Below are positions 9,649-20,177 of a DNA stretch of 64,000 nucleotides, piece after piece. Source of the DNA: Candidatus Izemoplasmatales bacterium (GTDB lineage Bacteria > Bacillota_I > Bacilli_A > Izemoplasmatales > Hujiaoplasmataceae); the NCBI GenBank assembly GCA_050949045.1, contig JBMNEZ010000001.1, forward strand, positions 576,001 to 640,000, in the 5' to 3' direction. Made by a program: the position numbers and the translations under genes. The notes under the pieces are model-generated. The model did no database searches, was not told where the DNA came from, and saw nothing but the letters and a program-made list of their open reading frames with translations. Positions within the stretch are counted from its first letter, which is position 1. Every line of letters starts with the position of its first letter.

Positions 9649-10926
9649 ATGGAAAGAAAATACCTGACCGTCACGGCACTCAATCGTTACCTGAAGTTCA
9701 AATTCGACAATGATCGAAATCTTCAGGATGTCTTGTTAAAGGCGGAAATATCCAATTTCAAACGGCACTCGCGAGGTCATCTGTATTTTACTCTCAAAGA
9801 TGATTCTTCCCAGATTCCCGCCATCATGTTTGCCGGCAACGCCGAGGGATTGCAGTTTTTTCCCAAGGACGGACAAGAAGTGATTGTCGAAGGCTATGTC
9901 AGCGTCTACGAACCTCAGGGGACTTATCAAATCTATGTTAAAAAAATGACCCAAGCGGGTGTTGGGGATCTCTATCTTGCCTATCAAAGACTGAAGGATA
10001 AACTCGAAGCTGAGGGACTTTTTCAAAGCAATCTGAAGCAGTCTATTCCAAAATACCCAAAAAAGATCGGGGTCATAACCTCCGAGACCGGAGCTGCTAT
10101 TAGGGATATCATCCATATAATAAACCGCCGTTACCCCCTCACTGGTATTATCGTCTATCCGACACTTGTCCAGGGAGATCAGGCAAAAATTTCGATCGTC
10201 GATGCCATTGAAAAGGCCAATCGCCAAAAACTCGTCGATGTCCTAATCATCGGCAGGGGCGGAGGCTCGATCGAGGATCTGTGGGCTTTTAATGAGGAAT
10301 GCGTTGCCAGAGCGATCCGCGCTTCCAAAATACCGACAATCAGTGCCGTTGGTCATGAGACCGACTACACGATCGCAGATTTCGTTGCCGATCTCAGGGC
10401 ACCGACACCCAGCGGGGCAGCGGAACTCTCTGTACCTGACCAGAGAGAACTGCTAGATTACCTACATCAACTCACTAATCGTCTCAGCGCAGCCATCCAA
10501 AGTGCCTGCAAAGTTAAAGCCGACCGGCTAGCTAATCTCGAACAATCACCCGTCTTGAAACATCCTGAGCGCCTTCTGGAAAATCGCGAATTAAGGCTGT
10601 CATCACTACAAGAACGTCTCCAGCAACTCCAGCCGCTTCGGATTACCACCGGTCTTATGGAGCGGATCGCTAATTTAGAGAAGACACTTGCCTACAATAT
10701 TGGCTCGATCAGGCAAAAGTATAGCCACAATTTTCAGATATTAGCCGAAAAACTGGAACTCGTGAACCCTTTCCAGGTCATCGACAAGGGTTATGCCATC
10801 ATCAAACGGGACGGGGTTTTCATCAAAACCGTCGCTTCTGTCACCGCAGGCGACGACATCGAAGTGATTATGAAGGACGGCCAACTAGCATGTGAAGTGC
10901 GGTCGGTCAGAAAGGAAACAGTCTAA
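9649..10926 (+). CDS. xseA: Exodeoxyribonuclease VII large subunit
   Basis: GHLYFTLKD, GRGGGSIEDLWAFN, GHETD, APTPSGAAE. Confidence 0.97.
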   Translation: MERKYLTVTALNRYLKFKFDNDRNLQDVLLKAEISNFKRHSRGHLYFTLKDDSSQIPAIMFAGNAEGLQFFPKDGQEVIVEGYVSVYEPQGTYQIYVKKMTQAGVGDLYLAYQRLKDKLEAEGLFQSNLKQSIPKYPKKIGVITSETGAAIRDIIHIINRRYPLTGIIVYPTLVQGDQAKISIVDAIEKANRQKLVDVLIIGRGGGSIEDLWAFNEECVARAIRASKIPTISAVGHETDYTIADFVADLRAPTPSGAAELSVPDQRELLDYLHQLTNRLSAAIQSACKVKADRLANLEQSPVLKHPERLLENRELRLSSLQERLQQLQPLRITTGLMERIANLEKTLAYNIGSIRQKYSHNFQILAEKLELVNPFQVIDKGYAIIKRDGVFIKTVASVTAGDDIEVIMKDGQLACEVRSVRKETV

Positions 10927-10927
10927 T

Positions 10928-11158
10928 ATGCCACAACGACTATCATTCGAACAAGCGCTGGAAAAACTCGAAAAAGTTGTCAAGGAACTCGAATCCGGCG
11001 AGCTTCCGCTCGAGGAAGCAATCAAGAAGTACGAGGAAGGCACCAAACTTGCCGGCCATTGTCGAAATCTGATAAGCAATGCCGAGAGCGTGATTGTCAA
11101 ATTGATGAAAGGCGAAATCCCTGAAGATTTTCCCGACAATCCCGACGATCAAGCGTGA
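10928..11158 (+). CDS. xseB: Exodeoxyribonuclease VII small subunit
   Basis: SFEQALEKLEKVVKELESGELPLEEAIKKYEEG; ATG 10928. Confidence 0.95.
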   Translation: MPQRLSFEQALEKLEKVVKELESGELPLEEAIKKYEEGTKLAGHCRNLISNAESVIVKLMKGEIPEDFPDNPDDQA

Positions 11159-11162
11159 TTGG

Positions 11163-13016
11163 ATGATTAACCTTCTAGACATCAAAGATCCTGATTTTCT
11201 CCGGGATCTATCCATCGCCGAACTGAACGAATTGGCTAAAACCATTCGCTCTTTCATCATTGAAAACGTCGCCAAGACCGGCGGACACCTTTCTTCAAAC
11301 CTTGGCGTAGTCGAACTGACGATCGCGATGCATAAGGTCTTTGATTCTCCAACGGACAAATTGATCTTTGATGTCGGACACCAAGCCTACACCCATAAGA
11401 TCCTCACTGGCCGCGCCCGGGCCTTTCCAACCTTAAGGCAGTATGGCGGGCTTTCCGGATATCTGAAACGCACGGAATCGGTCCATGACTGCTGGGAGGC
11501 CGGCCATTCCTCCACTGCCCTTGCGGCTCTGGCAGGTTATGAAATTGCCAGAATTCAAAATAAAGAAAAACACAAAGTCGTCGCTTTGGTTGGCGATGGG
11601 TCCCTCAACAGCGGCCTTTCTTTTGAAGCCCTTAATTTCATTGGCCACTATCAAGGCATTTCACCGGCGATCATTCTGAATGATAACGAGATGAGCATTT
11701 CGAAAAACGTCGGAACGCTTGCGAAACTGCTCAATTCGATGCGAACCTCCAAACCCTATATTCGCGCAACCAGAAGCCGATTCATGCCGAAATTCTTCAA
11801 TGAATTGAAAATCCGGATCGGCAATATGCTTCGAGGATTTGCCAAAAACATGACCATCTTCGATGAGTTCGGCCTGCAATACTATGGCCCGATCGATGGA
11901 CATAACATCAAGACATTGATCAGATACCTTGAACTAATCAAGAATGACAAGCACCCAGCGGTGCTCCATGTCATTACAAAAAAAGGGAAGGGTTATCCTC
12001 CGGCTGAGAACGATCTCCTTGGCTTGTGGCACGGTGTCGATCCTTTCGATCAAGTGACCGGAGAACCGACGATTAATATGCCTCCCGAGATTACAAGCTG
12101 GGGAAAAGTCGTTTCCAAATATTTGCTTGAACGGATCAAAACCGAAGACTTCACTGTGATCATTCCAGCGATGATCAATGGTTCGGGACTCCGAGAGTTT
12201 CAAGAAAAGTATCCCGACAAAATCATTGACGTCGGCATCTGCGAATCGTTTGCCGTCTGTTTTTCGGCCGGTTTGGCGCAATGCGGCAAAAAAGTCTTCG
12301 TGCCGATCTACTCCTCTTTTCTCCAGCGCGGCTATGACCAGGTGTCCCATGATGTCGCCAGACAGGGATTGCATGTCATATTTGCGATCGACAGGGCCGG
12401 CATTGTTGGTGGCGACGGCGAAACCCATCAGGGAATCTATGATATCGCCTATTTGAGGCATATTCCCGACCTTGAAATCGTCCAACCGATGGATGCCCGC
12501 GAGATGTTTCAACTGCTCGATTATGCCTTCTCTAAGACTTCCCGGCCGATTGCGATCCGCTATCCCAAGGGCAAGGTTCGCTATTTGCCCGAGCTTGTGG
12601 CGACCCGTGAACCAATTCTTGCGCCTTCTTGGAAGATGATTTTTGAAGGTGGTAGCGGTCATTTGATCGCTTATGGCGATAATGTCACCAGCCTTTTGGC
12701 AGAACTGCCCGACAGTGGGCTTGATGTTTCTTTGATCAATGCCCGGTTCATCAAACCGCTTGATCATGACTTTCTCGACTGGCTTGCCCAAACAGACAAG
12801 CCGCTGTTTGTGCTGGAGGATGTTTCCCGTGTCTGCGGCCTTGGCAGCGCCATCATGGAGTATTATGAATCAAAAGGAAAAGGCATTCCCAACTTGACAA
12901 TTTTCGGATTCCCCGATGCGTTCATCCACCAGGGCTCGCCTCAGGAAATCCAAGTCGAGCACGGACTCGATGCCAGGTCCGTCATCGCTCGGATCAAAAA
13001 GGCGCTTGGAGTGTAA
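11163..13016 (+). CDS. dxs: 1-deoxy-D-xylulose-5-phosphate synthase
   Basis: GGHLSSNLGVVELT, DVGHQAY, GDGSL..N, DRAGIVGGDGETHQG. Confidence 0.97.
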   Translation: MINLLDIKDPDFLRDLSIAELNELAKTIRSFIIENVAKTGGHLSSNLGVVELTIAMHKVFDSPTDKLIFDVGHQAYTHKILTGRARAFPTLRQYGGLSGYLKRTESVHDCWEAGHSSTALAALAGYEIARIQNKEKHKVVALVGDGSLNSGLSFEALNFIGHYQGISPAIILNDNEMSISKNVGTLAKLLNSMRTSKPYIRATRSRFMPKFFNELKIRIGNMLRGFAKNMTIFDEFGLQYYGPIDGHNIKTLIRYLELIKNDKHPAVLHVITKKGKGYPPAENDLLGLWHGVDPFDQVTGEPTINMPPEITSWGKVVSKYLLERIKTEDFTVIIPAMINGSGLREFQEKYPDKIIDVGICESFAVCFSAGLAQCGKKVFVPIYSSFLQRGYDQVSHDVARQGLHVIFAIDRAGIVGGDGETHQGIYDIAYLRHIPDLEIVQPMDAREMFQLLDYAFSKTSRPIAIRYPKGKVRYLPELVATREPILAPSWKMIFEGGSGHLIAYGDNVTSLLAELPDSGLDVSLINARFIKPLDHDFLDWLAQTDKPLFVLEDVSRVCGLGSAIMEYYESKGKGIPNLTIFGFPDAFIHQGSPQEIQVEHGLDARSVIARIKKALGV

Positions 13017-13135
13017 CATGAGTCTACTTTGAATGTTAGATTCTGATTGATTGAAAGATCATCACGAGGAATAGCATCTTATCATAATTCTAAACAAAGC
13101 GGCTATTCAGAGCGAAAACAAGTTGTTCAATCTAT

Positions 13136-13178
13136 AAAAAAAAAGAGGTATCTCTCAATGATATGATATCTCTTTTTT
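13136..13178. terminator. Probable bidirectional terminator
   Basis: AAAAAAGAGGTATC...GATATCTCTTTTTT between convergent genes. Confidence 0.7.
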
Positions 13179-13190
13179 GCCTTCAAATTA

Positions 13191-13358
13191 CTAGGTAAAA
13201 ATATTGACTACATTATAAATGGCAGCGACTACGATTCCCAAGACCATGCCGATGGCGAGGATGAGGAGAATAATCCGGCCAGCCTTGCTTTTTGTCGGGT
13301 TGTATGTCTTGATTTCTTTTTCGACTTTCGAAGGTTTCGGTTTGCTGTTGTTTGCCAT
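13191..13358 (-). CDS. Small (55 aa) single-pass membrane protein, not in the ORF track
   Basis: MANNSKPKPSKVEKEIKTYNPTKSKAGRIILLILAIGMVLGIVVAAIYNVVNIFT*; GAGGTGA RBS; terminator downstream. Confidence 0.8.
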   Translation of the reverse strand: MANNSKPKPSKVEKEIKTYNPTKSKAGRIILLILAIGMVLGIVVAAIYNVVNIFT

Positions 13359-13440
13359 AGTCTCACCTCAATAGTTTATACGCTTAATAATTATACCCGA
13401 TGTCAGTAAAAAAAGAAAGTGATTTTTTCTATTTCTCAGT

Positions 13441-14319
13441 TCACAGAGATTGAAGATAAGCAATGACCTCGTTGGTGAGTTTTGATGGCGTTGAGGCTCC
13501 GCTTGAAACGCTGACAACAGAAACGTTTTCCAGATCAGATGGTTTGATATCGGCTACACTTTCGATGAGAAGGGTCTTTGTCTTGGTTTTCGTTTCACTG
13601 ATCTGGGCAAGATTTCGGGAGTTGTTGCTTAAGGGATCGCCAACGATATAGCAGAGATCGACCGTTTGATTAGTGTTGAAGGCGATGATTGCTTCTTGGC
13701 GGATTCTTGTTGAATGACAGATTTCATCTTGGATCTCGATCTTAGGATACTTGTCTTTAAGCGCCGTAAAAACCGTCTCTAAATCAAGATGGCTGAACGT
13801 GGTTTGATTGGTTGCAAACAAAAACTGCCCTAAATCTGGAAGAGTGGCAATGTCATCTACGGATTCGATGACCGTTATTCTCTCAGAGAGCCCGCTGACG
13901 GCTTCAGTCTCCGGATGATTACGCTTGCCGACAAAGATTATTTCATAACCTTTCTCAAGCTTTTGAAGAATCGTCTCATGAGTCAGATAGACATCTTTGC
14001 AGGTGGCATCGACGATGGCAAGCCCTTTGTCTCTAGCCTTCTTGAAGACTTTGGGATCAGCTCCGTGAGCGGTGATGACGATGGTTCCATGGTCGATTCC
14101 TGCGAGCAGGTCCATTCGGGAACGACCCTCGTCAAAAACGGTGAGAGCGCCTTTTGCCTTCAACTCATCTACGACATAGCGGTTATGAACGATCATCCCG
14201 AGGATTTGGATGGGACGGGGATAGGTGGGATCGGCAAGGACTTTCTCGACGATAGCGATGGCTCGGACAACACCGGGGCAAAATCCACGCGGCGTGATTG
14301 GAAGGACTTTCAAATACAA
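13441..14319 (-). CDS. ispH: 4-hydroxy-3-methylbut-2-enyl diphosphate reductase
   Basis: GFCPGV, IVHN, DATC, EICHST, SGASTP; three Fe-S cysteines present. Confidence 0.97.
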   Translation of the reverse strand: MYLKVLPITPRGFCPGVVRAIAIVEKVLADPTYPRPIQILGMIVHNRYVVDELKAKGALTVFDEGRSRMDLLAGIDHGTIVITAHGADPKVFKKARDKGLAIVDATCKDVYLTHETILQKLEKGYEIIFVGKRNHPETEAVSGLSERITVIESVDDIATLPDLGQFLFATNQTTFSHLDLETVFTALKDKYPKIEIQDEICHSTRIRQEAIIAFNTNQTVDLCYIVGDPLSNNSRNLAQISETKTKTKTLLIESVADIKPSDLENVSVVSVSSGASTPSKLTNEVIAYLQSL

Positions 14320-14394
14320 CCTCCGTTATTGTTTTACTTAATCTAAAATCTATTATATAATATTACTACTTGAAAAACAAAGGAAGTGTGGACG

Positions 14395-15690
14395 ATGTTG
14401 ACTTTCAAAAAGCCCTATATCTTGACAGCGCTGAAAGAAATCGGCTTCTCCGCTCCGACCGAAGTGCAAGAACAAGTGATTCCCTTAGTCATGCAAGGAC
14501 ACGATATGATCGTCGAGGCTAAGACGGGATCTGGGAAAACTCATGCATACCTGTTGCCCTTGCTTGATAAGCTAGACGAAACAGAAGCAACAACCCAAGC
14601 TTTAATCATGGCCCCGACCGTCGAACTTGCCCGGCAGATTTTTGCTTTCGCCAAAGAAATCGTATCTTATTGTCCGGAAAAGATTGATGTTCGACTGTTC
14701 GTTGGTGGCGGCGATCGAAACCGAGAAATTGCGTCGCTAACGAAATCCCAGCCACAAATTGCAATCGGTACACCAGGGAAACTCTATGATTTAACGAGAC
14801 AACAAAATGCGCTCAAGACCCACAAAGTCGGAATGCTTGTCATCGATGAGGCGGACATGACCTTCGCAGAAGGTTATCTCTTCCAACTCGACCAAGTCGC
14901 CGCCACTATGCCGAAAGACTTGCAAATGCTCGTATTCTCGGCGACAATCCCTGAAAAAATCGAACCGTTCCTCAAAAAATATATGCATGCGCCAAAGATT
15001 CTCGCCATTCATTCCCAAGAAGAGCACAATCTTCAGATCAAGCACTATTTTGTGAAAACAAAGGAAGTCGATAAAAACATTGTTTTGGGAAATCTCCTCA
15101 AAACCTTTCAGCCCTATTTGTGCCTGATTTTCTGCAATACAATCAAGAGTTCTGATGATTTGTTTGAATATCTCAAGTCCAATAACTATAATGTTGCCCT
15201 GGTTAATGGGGATATCACGCCGAGAAAACGCAAACAGACGATCGACAGAATCAGAAATTATGAGTACCAGTACGTTGTGGCGACCGATATTTTGAGTCGG
15301 GGGATCGATCTTGACAATATCTCGCACATTGTCAACTATGATTTACCGAAAGATCCCCGTTTCTACATCCATCGCAGCGGCAGAACCGGGAGAATGATGG
15401 CCGAGGGGATATCTATATCCCTGTACGAATTCGCCGACAACGCCTATCTCGACCAGCTTGAAGCGTTAAAAATCCACTGTGAATACCGGGAAGTGAGAGA
15501 TGGCGAACTTTGTGAGATCAAAGATCGGCGCGAACGAACAAAACGTGAACGACCTCTTTCCGCTACCGTCCAAGCCGTTTCAAAAAAGATACCTGTGCCG
15601 AAAACTGTAAAGCCAAGGTATAAAGTAAAACGTCGGGAGAAGATCGCGAAAAAGGCCAAAGAGCTTCGCAAAAAAGGCAGGCGTATCTAA
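14395..15690 (+). CDS. cshB: DEAD-box RNA helicase (CshB-like)
   Basis: AKTGSGKT, GTPGK, DEAD, SAT, HRSGRTGR; basic tail with VKPRYK; alternative GTG start at 14386. Confidence 0.88.
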   Translation: MLTFKKPYILTALKEIGFSAPTEVQEQVIPLVMQGHDMIVEAKTGSGKTHAYLLPLLDKLDETEATTQALIMAPTVELARQIFAFAKEIVSYCPEKIDVRLFVGGGDRNREIASLTKSQPQIAIGTPGKLYDLTRQQNALKTHKVGMLVIDEADMTFAEGYLFQLDQVAATMPKDLQMLVFSATIPEKIEPFLKKYMHAPKILAIHSQEEHNLQIKHYFVKTKEVDKNIVLGNLLKTFQPYLCLIFCNTIKSSDDLFEYLKSNNYNVALVNGDITPRKRKQTIDRIRNYEYQYVVATDILSRGIDLDNISHIVNYDLPKDPRFYIHRSGRTGRMMAEGISISLYEFADNAYLDQLEALKIHCEYREVRDGELCEIKDRRERTKRERPLSATVQAVSKKIPVPKTVKPRYKVKRREKIAKKAKELRKKGRRI

Positions 15691-16205
15691 TGCTCAATAT
15701 TGTTCTTTATCAACCGGAAATACCTCAGAACACCGGTAACATCATGCGCACTTGCGCCGGGACCGGTTCAATCTTGCATCTAATTGAACCTCTCGGCTTC
15801 AAGTTAGACCAAAAAGCGCTTCGAAGAAGCAATCTCGATTACTATGAGCATGTCAACTATCATGTCTATTCGGATTGGGAGACATTTGCCAAGGCAAATC
15901 CGGGTGTCTATATCTATTGCACGCGCTATGGAGATAAAGCGCCCGATGCTTTTGATTTCAGCGATCAGACCATTGCATATTTTTTGGTATTCGGAAGAGA
16001 ATCGACAGGCTTGCCGAAATCACTCTTAAGAGCCAATCGCGATAGGCTGCTTCGACTGCCGATGACTTGTAAAATCCGCAGTTTGAATCTTGCAAACAGC
16101 GTTGCCGTCATTTTATACGAAGCTTTGCGCCAGCAAGGCTATCCGGGGCTGGAAAAGGAAGAACCTATAAATTTCAAAGGCCCTAACTGGATAGACTGTG
16201 AATGA
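15690..16205 (+). CDS. trmL: tRNA (cytidine/uridine-34 2'-O)-methyltransferase
   Basis: PEIPQNTGNI, FGRESTGL, RSLNLANS SPOUT motifs. Confidence 0.95.
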   Translation: MLNIVLYQPEIPQNTGNIMRTCAGTGSILHLIEPLGFKLDQKALRRSNLDYYEHVNYHVYSDWETFAKANPGVYIYCTRYGDKAPDAFDFSDQTIAYFLVFGRESTGLPKSLLRANRDRLLRLPMTCKIRSLNLANSVAVILYEALRQQGYPGLEKEEPINFKGPNWIDCE

Positions 16206-16290
16206 CATCATCTTTCCTTTGACAATTATTGGCTTTCAGGCATTGTTTTTGCTATAATATATCGAGTAGACTGATCGACAGGAATGACCA

Positions 16291-16848
16291 ATGATGACAC
16301 TAATACCACTGAGGAAATACCAACTTCAAAGTTATAAACACGATAAAAGCCTCCACCGGATCTGGAACCAAATCACTATCCTCGAAGAGACCGAAACTGA
16401 GATTGTGGTTGCCAATTACAGGACCAAAGTCATTGAAGCCAATGGTCGTGTCTGGTACACACGGGAACCATCTGTAATCTTTTTCTACAAAGACCACTGG
16501 TACAATGTGATCGCGATCATCAAACCGGTTGGCATTTCTTTCTACTGCAATCTATCATCCCCAGTCCTTTATGATCAGGAAGCAATCAAATATGTCGATT
16601 ATGACCTTGATATCAAAGTTTTACCTGATTTTAGTTTTACGGTCCTCGACAAAAACGAATTCAAGAAACACCAAATCGAAATGCAGTATCCGAAACGATT
16701 ATGCGACATCCTCGATCATGAACTATCCCATTTGATCAAGCGGATCGAGGAACGCCGCTCGCCGTTTAACCATGACTTGATTCATGGGTACTACCAAATC
16801 TTTCAGAATGCAGGAGTGAAGAAAAATGTTAAAAGATCCCAGAATTGA
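16291..16848 (+). CDS. DUF402 family nucleoside tri/diphosphate phosphatase
   Basis: SYKHDKSLHRIW, YCNLSSP, YVDYDLDIKV. Confidence 0.9.
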   Translation: MMTLIPLRKYQLQSYKHDKSLHRIWNQITILEETETEIVVANYRTKVIEANGRVWYTREPSVIFFYKDHWYNVIAIIKPVGISFYCNLSSPVLYDQEAIKYVDYDLDIKVLPDFSFTVLDKNEFKKHQIEMQYPKRLCDILDHELSHLIKRIEERRSPFNHDLIHGYYQIFQNAGVKKNVKRSQN

Positions 16849-17938
16849 AACCTTGGCTAGGACAATCATCAACTATTCAGTGAACATGCAAGAAAGTGAG
16901 ACTGTGTTGATCCAGAGTTCGATCAAGGCCAAACCGCTGATCCTCCAACTACTCAAGGAAATCCGCAAAGGCAAAGGCAATGCGGTTGTCGAGATTTATG
17001 ACGACGAGATCAACAGGGAGTTGCTGCTCTCGCTTACCGACAAGGATCTCGACCGCCGGTATAAATGGCTTGACCGCAATCTCGACGATATCGATTGCAT
17101 AATCCATATTCGAGCCCAAGAATCCGACTACACTACCCAAGACGTTCCGATAGAAACCAAAGTTACCCTTGCAAAAAAACTCAATCCGCTTTCCAAAAAA
17201 CGCCTTGCAAAGAAGTGGGTTTTGCTCAATTATCCCACCGAAGGAGCGGCCCACAAAGCAAAGATGAGCTTTGAGCGTTTCTTTGACTACTGCATCGATG
17301 TCTCAGCGGTAGATTACAAAAGAATGAACGATGCCTTTAAACCACTTAAAAAATTGATGGAACGGACCGATAAAGTCAGAATCGTCGGTCCAAAAACCGA
17401 TCTCTCGTTCTCAATCAAAAACATGACCGCCATTCCATGCGCTGGCAATTTCAACATTCCGGACGGCGAGATCTTCACCTCTCCCGTCAAGGATTCGGTC
17501 AATGGAATAATCACCTATAACACTCCCTCGCCTCAGCGTGGATGTGTCTTCACGAACGTCTCGCTTGAATTCAAGAACGGGCAAATCATCCGTTTCAGCG
17601 CCGACCAGGAGCCCGAGCTTCTTGCCTCAATCTTCAACACCGATGAAGGCGCCCGCTATATCGGTGAGTTTGCAATCGGGGTCAACCCCCTAATCAACAA
17701 ACCGATGGGGGACATTCTTTTCGACGAAAAGATCGCGGGTTCGATCCATTTCACCCCGGGGCGCTGCTATGAAGAGGCTCCAAACGGGAATGATTCCGCG
17801 ATCCATTGGGATTTGGTCCTGATTCAAACCGAGGCTTACGGCGGCGGAGAGATCTATTTCGACGATGTATTGATCCGTAAGGACGGTCGCTTTGTTATCC
17901 CTGAACTTGAGGGGCTCAACCCTGAGAATCTCGGATAA
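16826..17938 (+). CDS. M29 (AmpS-like) aminopeptidase
   Basis: NIPDGEIFT, GEFAIG, FDEKIAGSIH, SAIHWD. Confidence 0.93.
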   Translation: MLKDPRIETLARTIINYSVNMQESETVLIQSSIKAKPLILQLLKEIRKGKGNAVVEIYDDEINRELLLSLTDKDLDRRYKWLDRNLDDIDCIIHIRAQESDYTTQDVPIETKVTLAKKLNPLSKKRLAKKWVLLNYPTEGAAHKAKMSFERFFDYCIDVSAVDYKRMNDAFKPLKKLMERTDKVRIVGPKTDLSFSIKNMTAIPCAGNFNIPDGEIFTSPVKDSVNGIITYNTPSPQRGCVFTNVSLEFKNGQIIRFSADQEPELLASIFNTDEGARYIGEFAIGVNPLINKPMGDILFDEKIAGSIHFTPGRCYEEAPNGNDSAIHWDLVLIQTEAYGGGEIYFDDVLIRKDGRFVIPELEGLNPENLG

Positions 17939-18004
17939 TGACGTTTAGGACGGATTGCCTTTGCGATCTGTCTTTGTTTATGCTATACTTAACTAGAGGA
18001 TGTG

Positions 18005-18886
18005 ATGAAGATGGAACTGCTCTACCGTCCCAAAAAACCCGATACAATCAAGCGTTTCATGCTTGAGAACAATATCCCAGTGAAACTCGTTGTCGAACAG
18101 AGAGGCAAACAGTTGATCTATGTTAACAACGAACAGAAAACAAGGGAAGACACTGTTAGAAAGGGCGATTCACTCCGAATCATCATCCAGGATGAGAAAT
18201 ACGACCAGCAGATCAAACCTGAACCCATCCCGCTTGACATCAGATACGAGGACGAGTATTTCCTGATTGTGAACAAGCCGAACGGCATGCAGGTAATGGT
18301 CTCCAAAGCACGCCCGACGGGCACGCTTGCCAATGCCCTCAACCACTACTTTCAAGAACGGCAAATCCATACTCAGATCCATTACATCAATCGGCTCGAC
18401 AAGGAAACATCCGGGCTGATGCTCGTTGCAAAAAACCGGTTTCTAAAATTCTTGTTCAGCAGTAAAACCGACAACGCGGTCGAGCGTGAGTACTATGCCA
18501 TCCTCGATGGCATTCTCGAAAACAAGCGTCTCTGTATCGAACTTCCAATCTCGCGCACCGAAGGCACGATCTTGCGCGAAGTATCGCTTCAAGGCGAGGA
18601 ATGCCAGACGACCTACCAAGTCGAACGTGAATTCGGTAAATACTCGCTCGTCAGAATCACATCCGAATCTGGAAAAACCCACCAGATCCGTGTTCATTTC
18701 GCTTATTTCAATTTTCCGATCGTCGGGGACGATCTCTACAATGATAACCGCTATCCCAAAGTCGATAGGATGCTTCTGATGAGCCACCGTATCTGTTTCC
18801 AGCATCCGATCAAGGATCAGAAGGTGGAAGCAATCTTGCCGCTAGAGGAAGCATTCGCTAGCTTTATCAAGAGAAATGGTGGATGA
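18005..18886 (+). CDS. RluA-family pseudouridine synthase
   Basis: NRLDKETSG catalytic motif, GKTHQIRVH, PIVGDDLY; start uncertain (18002-18011). Confidence 0.92.
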   Translation: MKMELLYRPKKPDTIKRFMLENNIPVKLVVEQRGKQLIYVNNEQKTREDTVRKGDSLRIIIQDEKYDQQIKPEPIPLDIRYEDEYFLIVNKPNGMQVMVSKARPTGTLANALNHYFQERQIHTQIHYINRLDKETSGLMLVAKNRFLKFLFSSKTDNAVEREYYAILDGILENKRLCIELPISRTEGTILREVSLQGEECQTTYQVEREFGKYSLVRITSESGKTHQIRVHFAYFNFPIVGDDLYNDNRYPKVDRMLLMSHRICFQHPIKDQKVEAILPLEEAFASFIKRNGG

Positions 18887-18917
18887 TAAAAAAAGATGCC
18901 GGCCGCATCTTTTTTTT
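18887..18917. terminator. Bidirectional terminator
   Basis: AAAAAAGATGC-CGGCC-GCATCTTTTTTT between convergent genes. Confidence 0.85.
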
Positions 18918-18922
18918 AAAAT

Positions 18923-19219
18923 CTAAGTCGTGACGACGATGTTGACGATCTGGTCGCGGATATCCGGAAAGAAACTGAAGACGACGACAAAAGCGAGAAG
19001 CAAGAAATAGATGAGCGCCAAAATCTTCTTCCCGGCAGTAAACTCAAGTCCTGCCAAGCCGCACACTGCAAAAATTGCATAGGTTTTGACAAGTTCAAGG
19101 ATTCCGATGATCTGTGCGTCGATGCCAAAATCGAACATCGTATTGGCAAAAAGAAAAGCAAACAAGACAATCGTGAGAAATCCGAACACCTGACCAAGCA
19201 CATCGTAAAGTTTTTTCAT
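18923..19219 (-). CDS. Small multi-pass membrane protein, unknown function
   Basis: 98 aa, three hydrophobic segments, AGGAGG RBS. Confidence 0.85.
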   Translation of the reverse strand: MKKLYDVLGQVFGFLTIVLFAFLFANTMFDFGIDAQIIGILELVKTYAIFAVCGLAGLEFTAGKKILALIYFLLLAFVVVFSFFPDIRDQIVNIVVTT

Positions 19220-19598
19220 TTTTTCCTCCTAAAATTTATATTCTTCTCTATTTAATGATTATAAATAATTTGTGTTTGTATTTCAATACAACATTCTTTT
19301 TTTATGAGGTTATAATAATATTCGAAAGTCTCGTTGATTGCGTTATCCTTGATATCGGTGTCATGGCACTTAACATTGCGTTCAAAAATTTTTGGTCTCA
19401 CGACAGTGTAACCATTTAAGAAAGCATCTCAAGCAATTTAATAGCAAAAGTCAGCTTATGATCGTTGGTGTTATGTATCTATGACCGCTTGGTGTAACAA
19501 TACCGCAGTCAAACCCGCTGAATTACGTTATTTACTTTTATTTACCCGGTATCTGTGCTAAAATAAAAATTGACAACTTGTGAAAGGAGGCCTGGCTT

Positions 19599-20174
19599 TT
19601 GATCGTAGTCTTTGGTGGCGCTTTCAATCCACCGACTCTTGCCCATCAGGCAATCTATCATCACGTTAAAAAACATGTCGACTGCGACAAATTCATCTAT
19701 CTTCCAGTCAGTTCTCTATACGCAAAGCAATCCCTTGCGAGCAATCATCACCGTTATCAGATGTTGAAGCTGATGACCGAGGATTTCCCTGAGATCGAAG
19801 TGTCAAGCATGGAATTTGACGATCCTGTCTACTTGGGGACATATAAAAGCCTGCTAAGATTTAAAGAATGTTATCCGGAAAACGAAATTGTCTTCTTGAT
19901 CGGTGTTGACAATCTGCCGGAACTCCAAAAATGGATCAATGCCGATAGCTTGCTCAAAGATTTTCGCTTCATCGTCGTCAACCGCAGTCAGCGTGAGTTG
20001 GAAAAAGAGATTGCGGCCGATCCTTTCTTGTCGCGTCATAAAGACAGTTTTATCGTCTTACCGGAATTCAACGCCGATATCTCCTCGACCAAGTTTCGTG
20101 AAACCTTGAATCTTGATTTAGTCGCCAAAGATGTCGGTGAATACATCACCATCCATCAACTATACCGGGGGTAA
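19599..20174 (+). CDS. nadD: Nicotinate-nucleotide adenylyltransferase
   Basis: FGGAFNPPTLAH, LIGVDN, ISSTKFR; TTG start after AGGAGG; adjacent to nadE. Confidence 0.9.
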   Translation: MIVVFGGAFNPPTLAHQAIYHHVKKHVDCDKFIYLPVSSLYAKQSLASNHHRYQMLKLMTEDFPEIEVSSMEFDDPVYLGTYKSLLRFKECYPENEIVFLIGVDNLPELQKWINADSLLKDFRFIVVNRSQRELEKEIAADPFLSRHKDSFIVLPEFNADISSTKFRETLNLDLVAKDVGEYITIHQLYRG

Positions 20175-20177
20175 GCA

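Noticed and set aside
11934..12791. 285-aa minus-strand ORF
   Set aside because: Fully antisense to dxs with no recognisable motifs; shadow ORF
19220..19598. Loose repeats of GGTGT(C/T/A)A upstream of nadD as an NAD-regulator site or array
   Set aside because: Short, irregularly spaced and not palindromic; cannot be distinguished from chance
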